Under the pieces are notes generated by a model that was not told the origin of the DNA, searched no databases, and saw nothing but the letters and a program-made list of their open reading frames with translations. This document shows positions 55,514 through 64,000 of a stretch of DNA of 64,000 bases, in pieces (position 1 is the stretch's first letter; each line of letters opens with the position of its first letter). Made by a program: the position numbers and the translations under genes. Origin of the DNA: Dictyostelium discoideum (taxonomy: Eukaryota); contig CM000152.2 of the NCBI GenBank assembly GCA_000004695.1, positions 704,001 through 768,000 of the forward strand, in the 5' to 3' direction.

Positions 55514-55849
55514 TCTCATTTTTTTCATTTTTGTTTTTCATTTTTTTTTTATTTTCATATTTTCAATTTTAGGACAACAAATTATCAAACAAACATTAAA
55601 GAAATCTAAAACTTCAGAATATTTATCATTTGAAAATAATTTAATTTAAAAGAAATGTGAAGAGTTTATATTATTTGTTATTAATGAATTACCAAAATTA
55701 AAATACTTAATTGGGTATTAATTTCAAAAGATGAAAGAACAAAAGCAGCAAAATTAGATAGTGAAGGTTTCTTTCAAAACAATTCTAAGTGTTACTCCAG
55801 TTGTTATCAATAATAAAAAATAAATAATAATAATAATGTGATATCATCA

Positions 55850-56890
55850 GCTCAATCTTCACCATCATTAAGTAGTGCATCAACACCAATTCCAACTCCA
55901 TTAAATACTAGTAGTAATAATATTGGTGGTAATACTACTACAAGTGTATCAGTTGGATAATCCCCAACAATCAGGGGTATACCATCATCACCAGATCAAC
56001 AAGTTTTATTCAACGCAAACCATCAGTCAGTGCAATATGATGCCAAAATTAAATTCTTCTTTGAATTGATCAACTGATTTCCTTGGTAAAGAAAGAGAAA
56101 ATCATCAATCAGCTTCATCTTCACCTTCATCTTCATCATTATCAATATCATCATCATCACAACAACAACAACATAATAGTAACAATCATCCAAAATCGTT
56201 TGATGAAGCACCTGAAGTATTATCACCATTTGATATTTTAGAATTAAAAGTTAATGCAGAGAATTCTTTATCTTCATCACAAGATTTAAATCAACACAAT
56301 GTAACAACGGCTAGTCAAATTTTACAAGAAATTAAACCAACTAAAGAATTAACTAAACAAGAAACTGAAGCATGCAATTCCAGAGGAACCAATTGAAGAA
56401 TGTAATAAATCACTACAACCACTGCAATTAAGATCATCTTCTTCATCTTCTTCATCTTTTTCAACAACAACAAAAACAACAACATCACCACCACCACAAC
56501 AACAACAATTAGATTCGCCATTACCATTACCAGTTACTATTATTAATATGCCAATGGATGATGATGAACTTATTAGTGATGGTACAATAAGTGGTGCTTA
56601 AACTAATGATGGTATCAATTATTGTACCATCATTAGTTAAAGAATCATCAAGAGAATCATTATTGGCTACAACTATTGATAATTCAACATTATCAACTAC
56701 ACCATCACCATCTCCAAAATTACCAACTCTTGAAAGTGTTGTAACTGCTAAACCATTGTTACATCATCATCTTCTTCTTCTTCAACCACCACTACTCAAA
56801 CTAATAAAGAAATTTGGACTAAAATTGATCAAAATACTGCACCATCAACTCCATCTATAATTTTACCAAAAAGATTACCTTCTCAATCAA
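55850..56890 (+). pseudogene. Decayed Ser/Thr/Gln-rich ORF (frameshifts and in-frame stops) inside the TIR element
   Basis: Three plus-strand frames each carry 60-110-codon coding-like stretches (..SAQSSPSLSSASTPIPTPLNTSSNN.. / ..GKERENHQSASSSPSSSSLSISSSSQQQQHNSNNHPKSFDEAPEVLSPFDILELKVNAENS.. / ..[55 protein letters not shown]..). They are interrupted by stops and frame changes, with antisense ORFs overlapping. Confidence 0.4.
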
Positions 56891-56897
56891 ATCTTAA

Positions 56898-57005
<108 letters not shown>

Positions 57006-57419
57006 ATAATAATTAATTAAATAAATAAACAAAAAGAATAAATAAATAAAAACAATAAATAAAAAAAAAGATAATAAAATAAAACTACAATCTTAATTGA
57101 AAAAAAAAAAAAATAAAATAAATAAATAAAATAAATAAATAAAATAAAACTAGTTTTAATAAATCTAAAACTTTGTAAATATGTTTTGAAAAAAAAAAAA
57201 AAAATTTTATTTTATTGTTTAACTAAATTTGGTTTAAAATTCAAATAAAGAACTATCTACTCTAAAAAAGAGACCCTTTTCAAATGATAATTGTTGAACA
57301 CCATTTCTGCAATCACTACCGTCATGAGTAGAAAATTACCATTTAAACTAAATTGAATAAATCCACTTGATAACCTGTTGGAATTAGCTACTTGTTTTTT
57401 AATTATTATTTATTGTTTA

Positions 57420-57520
57420 TTTGTTTATTTGTCTATTTATTTATTCATTTATTTATTCATTTATTTATTCATTTATTTATTCATTTATTTATTCATTTAT
57501 TTATTCATTTATATTCATTC
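57420..57520. repeat. 12-bp minisatellite (TCATTTATTTAT)n, ~8 units, inside the TIR element
   Basis: ttattcatttatttattcatttatttattcattt... 57436..57515, with degenerate units either side. Confidence 0.8.
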
Positions 57521-57602
57521 ACTAATAATATATTACCTATTTTAAAATTGAAAAAATGAAAATGAAAAAAAAAAAAAAAAAAAATTGAAAAAAAAAAAAT
57601 TG

Positions 57603-57636
<34 letters not shown>

Positions 57637-57842
57637 TACCAATAATAATTATAATAATAATAAATAAAATAATAATTAAAACAAAAAATAAAATTACAAT
57701 TTAATAAACTTTATTTGTTTTTTGAAAAAAAAAAAATTTAAGGTCAGTGATTTTTTTTTTTTCACTGCGCTACTGTAGTGAAATTAAATAATAAAATTCA
57801 CTACGCTGTAGTGAAATTTTATTGAAAATTCCCTACAACATC

Positions 57843-58730
57843 AATGTCACAATGTAATTGCTTTGTAAATGTTTTTACACTGCAGTAGTGATGCTGCAAA
57901 AAAAAGGGTAAGACCAAGCGATTATAAATATATCCCAGAACACTCTAGAAACGATATTGCAAATATTTTAGAAAGAGCTATAGCATCAGAAGAGGAAAAT
58001 CTCGAAAAAATCGAAAAAACAAAAGAAAGACTTTCACGCGCAAGGAAGGAAATTGAAGATCTTAACGCCAGAAATGAAAGTATTCAAGAATTAATTTCAG
58101 AAAATGACAAAAATTTAAAGAATACAAAAGAAGAAATTGAACGTTTAAAAAAAGAAAAAGATGAATTAAAAAAAGCAAAGGGAGAATTCGAAGCTTCTTT
58201 AAAAGAAATTGAAGTAAAAACAGCTTTCTTGGAGGATGTTAGTCAACATATCTTCAAAGAAGCACTCCGAGATCCAGCAGTGATGTGGGGTAAATTAACT
58301 TATGGAGGTGTGATCCCAACTAGCGAAGAAAACAGACAATTTTATTTAAATCTTGTCCAACATTTCGAAAAGAAAAATTATAGAATTTCCGAACTCAGAG
58401 AAGAATTGGAGTCTTTTCCAATTAATAAATTATTGGAAAAACTCCATATTGGTGATTCCAAAACAGAAGAAACAACCGATTGCATTGTCCCAGAGTCATC
58501 TGCTATAGTGCCACCACAACCAATAACTCCAACCACACCAATTATTACCGAGTTCGAAAAAGACAATTAATAAGTAACAAAATAAACTAACCACTTAGGG
58601 TTTTAAATTTTTTTTAGAGTGGTTTAAAATATCTCTTGTATTAATATTAATATCGTAAATGTAATTGCATTGTAAATGCAGTGTAAAATTTTACACTGTG
58701 TAGTGACGCTCAAAAAAAAAGTAAAAAAAG
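57843..58730. repeat. Pair of ~60-bp direct repeats (57847..57905 and 58655..58722) bracketing the coiled-coil ORF
   Basis: AATGTAATTGC(T/A)TTGTAAATG...TTTTACACTG(C/T)(A/G)TAGTGA(T/C)GCT.CAAAAAAAA(A)G occurs in both copies. The second copy has the perfect palindrome CAGTGTAAAATTTTACACTG. The CACTGCAGTAGTG core resembles the CACTACAGTAGCG sub-repeat of the neighbouring TIRs. Confidence 0.6.
57869..58570 (+). CDS. Coiled-coil ORF (233 aa) flanked by ~60-bp direct repeats, adjacent to the TIR element
   Basis: Intact ORF with E/K-rich heptad-like stretches (EENLEKIEKTKERLSRARKEIEDLNARNESIQELISENDKNLKNTKEEIERLKKEKDELKKAKGEFEASLKEIE). The first ~15 codons lie inside the upstream direct repeat, so the true start is uncertain. 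Confidence 0.35.
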   Translation: MFLHCSSDAAKKRVRPSDYKYIPEHSRNDIANILERAIASEEENLEKIEKTKERLSRARKEIEDLNARNESIQELISENDKNLKNTKEEIERLKKEKDELKKAKGEFEASLKEIEVKTAFLEDVSQHIFKEALRDPAVMWGKLTYGGVIPTSEENRQFYLNLVQHFEKKNYRISELREELESFPINKLLEKLHIGDSKTEETTDCIVPESSAIVPPQPITPTTPIITEFEKDN

Positions 58731-59062
58731 TTGAATTTTTTTTGATAAAATCATGAGATATTTTTGATAAAAATCAAATTGTGGAAAATTTATGCTCTAA
58801 AATATATAAAAACAAGAATGCCAAACAGTGATCCAAGTTTATGTTATAATTGTTCATCCATTTGTGAACACACTCAAACTTTCTCGAGCCGTGGTGTAGA
58901 TGTAGATCGTTGTCTTAATTTCAAAACCAATTACAACAAAAATTATTACAACAAAAAGTAATCAACATAATGCTGAATAACAACACCAACAAAAATAGAT
59001 TCAAAATCAAACAAACAAAATCAAAACCAATCATTATAAATAAAACTACTCTTATATAATAC

Positions 59063-59105
<43 letters not shown>

Positions 59106-59243
59106 TAAAATTAAAATTGGAAAATGATAAGTTTTTTAATTTTACATTTCGATATTTTTTATATTGTTTTTATTTTTTTTGATTTGTCAAAATGCCCAAA
59201 ATAATTAAAATCTGAATTAATATAATAATTGATTTGATTTTAG

Positions 59244-59274
<31 letters not shown>

Positions 59275-60058
59275 ATAATAACAATAGAATTGATTTGTGG
59301 TAATTCAACAAATTTTACAATAAAACCAATTATTCTTTTGGACCATAAATAGCTTAATTATAATATTTATTTAAATTAATATTTATTATATATATATATA
59401 TTTCAACTTTTGATTCTGGAAATACAACTTGGGCAATAAAAGAAATTAATAAAAATATGATATCCAGAAAAACAAGAAAATAAACAAAACCAAGTATTCA
59501 GTGAAAAGGATTTTATACAATTATTTAATTCCTGTAATAATATGAAGTTGTTTCTTGTGAATCTATTTCATTTTTTTTTTTTTTTTTTAAGTATTTATTT
59601 AAGTTTTCTACAAGATAAAATGGTGTCAATGTTCTGTCTTGAATGCTTCAAAAAAATAATAAAAAAAAAATAGGTTAGTTTATTTTTTGAATTTAATAAT
59701 TTATCATTCATTTTTTGTAATTGTTTTTGAAGAACAACCAGAGAGAATATATCTTTAATAAAAAAAAAAAAACCAAAAAAATTTGAATGTGAGTTTATTT
59801 TTTACAGCGGAAGACACAACAGATAATATGGAAAAATTAAAAAAAAAATTGAAAATTAGTCAATAGATATTAAAATTTTAAGGTGTGCCCAAGCAACTGG
59901 AGCTCTACTTGCGGTTAATCTATTATTATTTTTTATTTCTCCAACTTTTTTTGATGGGGGGTCATTTTGCCTCCAAAAATATTATTATTTTACTTTTAAT
60001 AAAAAAAAAAACATTTGAGACACAAAAGATATTTTATTTTTTTATTTTTTAATTTAAT

Positions 60059-60090
<32 letters not shown>

Positions 60091-60187
60091 TGGCATTATT
60101 TAATTAAATTAAATAGTTGAGTGATTTTTGAGTTGAATCCATTTTATTTTATAAAAAAACCAACAATATTTAACAAAGATTAAAAAC

Positions 60188-60600
60188 CAAACTTTTTTAA
60201 TGAAATGGATGAGAAGGAGAGTAAGAATTTTCAGAGACATTGGTTTTCTCAATGGATCAATAACCAAATATTGAAACTAGTTATTTATAGGTAATAAAAA
60301 TGTTTTAATAGATAGAATTATGATAAAATTGGAAGTTGACAATGGTGGAGGATGGAATTACAATTCATCAAATACCCAAATTTACATTGAGTGATGATAG
60401 CTTTATAAAATTAGAGATTTTTGAATTTGTTAAAAACAACGCCCAATCATTGATTTCACCCGACCTAAATTAATTCAATCGATGAGGATTTAGTTGCTTA
60501 TGATGGGAATTATGCTTCTATTATATATTTACCTTCAAAACCAAATAAAAAATTCAGTTTTGGAGAGTTGGATTTCCTAGAAAATCAATATCCATAGCTG
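60188..60600 (+). pseudogene. Decayed ORF fragments (MDEKESKNFQRHWFSQWINNQILKLVIY..., then frame-shifted pieces)
   Basis: ATG-initiated 29-codon ORF followed by coding-like stretches in the other two frames (HCPKFTLSDDSFIKLEIFEFVKNNAQSLISPDLN / NSIDEDLVAYDGNYASIIYLPSKPNKKFSFGELDFLENQYP). The N-terminal motif F-x-R-x-W-F-x-x-W-I-N-N-x-I-L resembles the N-terminus of the 45797..48376 product (FYREIWGNIYIRNNIISFL). Confidence 0.25.
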
Positions 60601-61368
60601 TAATACTTTAAGATGGATACTTACAAAAGAAAAAAAAAAAAAAAAAAAAAAAATTTAAGAATAAATGATTCTAAATTATTCAGTGTCATTACTTTAAAGT
60701 TAAATTTGGATAATTAAAATTTTTTTTTAAAAAAAACAAATAAAATAATCAAGCTTTAAATGAATTGTTTTTTTTTGATTTAAAAAAAAAAAAAAATAAA
60801 AAATAATAAAAAATAATAAAAAAAAAGTATACTATTTAATTTATTTGTACAAATATATTTTTTTTTATTTTATTTTTTTATTTTTTATTTTTTTTTCAAA
60901 AAAATAAATAAAATAAATAAATGAAAATAAAGACCTTTATAATTATTTAAATTCATTTTTTAATATTTTTTACCATTTTGTGGTTGTTTGGGGTTATAAT
61001 TAAAAAAAAAAAAAATAACTTATAAAATTTTTATTTTGTGGTTATTTTTAAAATTTTATTTATAAAAAAAAAAATAAATAAATTCTAAAAATAACCAAAA
61101 AATAAAAATTATAAAACTTAATTAAGTTAATAAATTCTAAAAATAACCACAAAATAAGAATTTAATAAATCAATTTTTTTTTTTTATTTATTAAAAAAAA
61201 AACAATCAAAAAAAAACCAATTTTTTTTTTTATTTATTTTTTCTATTTTTTTATAACACAACTTCACCAACATTCTTGGATGGTAAATAAAAAAAAAAAT
61301 ATAAATGGAATATTATAAAATTTTTAAAAAATAAATAACGAAGATAAAAAAAGTTTGTTTAATTGGTT

Positions 61369-61401
<33 letters not shown>

Positions 61402-61817
61402 TTTTTTTAGCCACCAACATTTTCGTTTATTATTACTACAAAATCCAAGTAATATAATTAATATGTAAATTATATTTTTAATTTTAGAAATTGCTGGTTT
61501 TTCATTTCCTCAAGAAAAAGGTAATTATTATTATTTTTTTTTTTATATTTATAAATTTATTTAAATATAAAAAAAATCACATTAATTTAACACATTTAAT
61601 TTTTTTTTAAATTTAAATTTAGTAATTAAGTTAACCATTGATAAAATTTCCAAGTGGTGACTCTTCATTAGTTGCAGTTGGTTCCTCACAACAAAATTAG
61701 TATCTTTTAGGTAGTATTCAAGTTTGATCATATATATATATGGATTATTCCAAGTAATATATACAATTAACAATATTGTTTAATGTAATTAACTTTTCAA
61801 CCTATATAATGATCGTT

Positions 61818-62025
61818 AGTACACTTTTGTGAAGAAATAATTTTTTTACATTGATGTTACCAATGCTAACAATTATTAATGTTTTGTATATTTGAGATGA
61901 TAATCACCAGTAATTAAACCATATTTAACTTTTGGTATCATCTCAAATAAACAATTCATTAAAAATTGTTAACATTCGAAAACATCAATGTAAAAATGTT
62001 ATTTCCTCTCAAAAGTGTTCTAGCC
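61818..62025. repeat. ~210-bp near-perfect palindrome (long hairpin / MITE-like)
   Basis: Left arm GTACACTTTTGTGAAGAAATAATTTTTTTACATTGATGTTACCAATGCTAACAATTATTAATGTTTTGTATATTTGAGATGATA pairs with right arm TATCATCTCAAATAAACAATTCATTAAAAATTGTTAACATTCGAAAACATCAATGTAAAAATGTTATTTCCTCTCAAAAGTGTTCTAG. The centre CACCAGTAATTAAACCATATTTAACTTTTGG sits at about 61920, and there are only ~10 mismatches across ~95-bp arms. Confidence 0.7.
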
Positions 62026-62300
62026 ATCCTTTTATAAGTTTAAAAGTTAATTATAAATAAATGGTATTGTAATTGATAATAAATTATTATTTTCATTTCT
62101 CATCAATTCTACCACCACCACCACAAGCAAACACAAGCACTGCTATCTGAAAATCAAATTGGAAAATTACCAACTTAAAAAAAAAAAAAAAAAAAAAATA
62201 AAAATAATAAGCTAAATAAAAAATATTTAAATTTTTAAAGATATAAAAAAAAAAAATGGAATATATCTGGATTTTTTTTTTTTAAATTTAATTTTTAATT

Positions 62301-63048
62301 TTATTCAATGAATTCATCCAACTTATCGTTGTCGATAGGCTCTTCATCTTCTTCTTCTTCTTTCTCAACTTCTTGAACTTCAGATTCAATATTATTATAA
62401 TTTGAATCTTCATCATCTTCATTGTCATCATCATTATTATTATTATTAATATTATTATTATTATTATCAGCATGATTTTCACTTTGTTGTTGAACATCTA
62501 AACTATTTAAAATTTCTTCATCATCTTCCAATTTATTTAATTCATCCTCTTTGGTAATGATTACAACTTTTTTATTACGTTTTCTACTTTTTTGTTTTTC
62601 ATTTTCATCAATCATAATTTCATCATCATCATTATCATCACCATCACCTTGAGTATCTTTTTGTTGTGTTTTATCATTGTCATTATTTTCATTTTCATTT
62701 TCATTTTCATTTTCATTTTCATTTTCATTTTCATTTTCATTTTGATTTTCCACCTCTTCATCATCATCATCATCTTCAATTTCATCACTTGGTCTATCAG
62801 CTTTATTATAATAAAATTGTTTATTTGCTGGAATATAATGTGCAAATGAATAATCTGTTGAGAAAGAACTTGGATTCATTGAATAAGTACCATCAGCACG
62901 TGAATGCTCATATTGATTTGATTTATCACCAATTACCAATAAATCTGGTAATGGATAAACAGACATTGCATGATCATAATTCCAATAAATTGGTTTATCT
63001 TCTAATGTTAAATTACATAAATGTGAATTACTACAAATTAATTCAATT

Positions 63049-63097
<49 letters not shown>

Positions 63098-64000
63098 CAA
63101 AAAATTGGTAAATAATAAATAATAAATAAATTAATAATAAATTAATAATTATTTTTTAAAACTTACATGTTGAGAAATATCACATGATTGTGAAGGTTCT
63201 AAAATACAATGTCTTCTCATTTTATTTGTTAAATCATCTCTAAATATTATAATTTCTTGAGAACAGTATCTAATTCTACATGGATTAGTTGTAAAGGTTG
63301 ATTTTGGAATTAAAGAAATGAAATCCTTTATGAAAACATTTGAAATTGGGAACTTTGGTAAAATATTTAATAAGGAACCAGTTGGGTCAGTTGGACCAGG
63401 TACGAAAATGAATTGAGTGAATTGATGTATATTTGGATACTTTTGAATTACCATTGCAAGTTGATTAAAATACTTTTTCAATTGATATTGTGTACCATTG
63501 ATCAAAGGATGCTCAGTGAAATTACCCATCAATATCATTGCAAATGGTGGACAATCTTTATAACCACCAAATAAATAATCTAATCTTTCCATAACCCTTT
63601 CCGAATCTAACCAAACATCTGATAGAAATAATATTGAATTATCCTCTTTCTCTTTTTCATACTTTATCAATTGTTCCATCGTCTTTTTTTGTGGTCTTTC
63701 TCCAAACATATCAATATTTTGTAAAAATTTTAATGTTTCACATCTTTCTTCAGTTGGTGGTAATTGAATTTTCTTTTTTTTTTTTTTTTTTCATTAAAAA
63801 TATATATATATATATTAATATTATTTATTATTCAATTATTTATTGCTATTTATTTATAAACTTACATCAGCAATGAAAACACCATCAATAAATTCACCAG
63901 ATGCTTGAATGATTGAATTTATAGTGACTATACCAAATTCGAATTTAGCTTTTGAAATATCAATTTTAACATTTGTATTTAAATCTTCTATATAGAATTG
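62301..64000 (-). CDS. DNA polymerase epsilon subunit 2 (POLE2/Dpb2), 3' portion; exons 63866..>64000 (5' part outside window), 63167..63772, 62301..63050
   Basis: Colinear with human POLE2: [10 protein letters not shown]...[61 protein letters not shown], then [24 protein letters not shown]. Phase-0 GTAAGT donors at 63865 and 63166; acceptors AAAAAG ending 63773 and AAAAAG ending 63051. Intron 63051..63166 carries a 46-nt poly-T run. Long acidic (NE)n/Asp-rich C-terminal extension. Confidence 0.85.

Noticed and set aside
59000-60180. Possible genes in the 58.9-60.2 kb interval
   Set aside because: Only short low-complexity ORFs are present. There is a GC-richer patch at ~59880..59930 (GGTGTGCCCAAGCAACTGGAGCTCTACTTGCGG) that I cannot fold into a tRNA or snRNA, and I have no basis to call it.

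Overview
AT-rich (~75-80% A+T) eukaryotic nuclear DNA, characteristic of a dictyostelid social amoeba (Dictyostelium discoideum-like). It has long poly-A/poly-T tracts, (AAT)n microsatellites, Asn/Gln-rich coding repeats, and short AT-rich spliceosomal introns with GTAAGT/GTATGT donors and AG acceptors. It is not prokaryotic, so operon and CRISPR logic do not apply. The supplied ORF track accepts TTG/GTG as start codons and reads through introns, so I rebuilt exon structures by hand. I recognise about 24 protein-coding genes: a TPR protein, TSR1, a 67K-type SppA protease, U1-C snRNP, an LLP homolog, a SAC3/GANP-domain protein, ATP-citrate lyase split into two divergently transcribed subunit genes, a saposin-like protein, a Tra2-like RRM protein, a long coiled-coil protein, SMU1, an intronless DUF885 metallopeptidase-like gene, a Rab1 GTPase, CTR9, a TKL-type protein kinase, the 3' end of DNA polymerase epsilon subunit 2, and several lineage-specific hypothetical proteins. 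The most unusual region is 55.3-58.7 kb: a 2.5-kb segment bounded by ~75-105-bp terminal inverted repeats with an apparent 5-bp TCAAT target-site duplication. It carries only a decayed Ser-rich ORF and is followed by a coiled-coil ORF flanked by ~60-bp direct repeats that share a palindromic motif with the TIRs. I also found a ~210-bp near-perfect palindrome at 61.8-62.0 kb, promoter-proximal tandem repeats, and intronic microsatellites. No tRNA, rRNA or CRISPR features were found.
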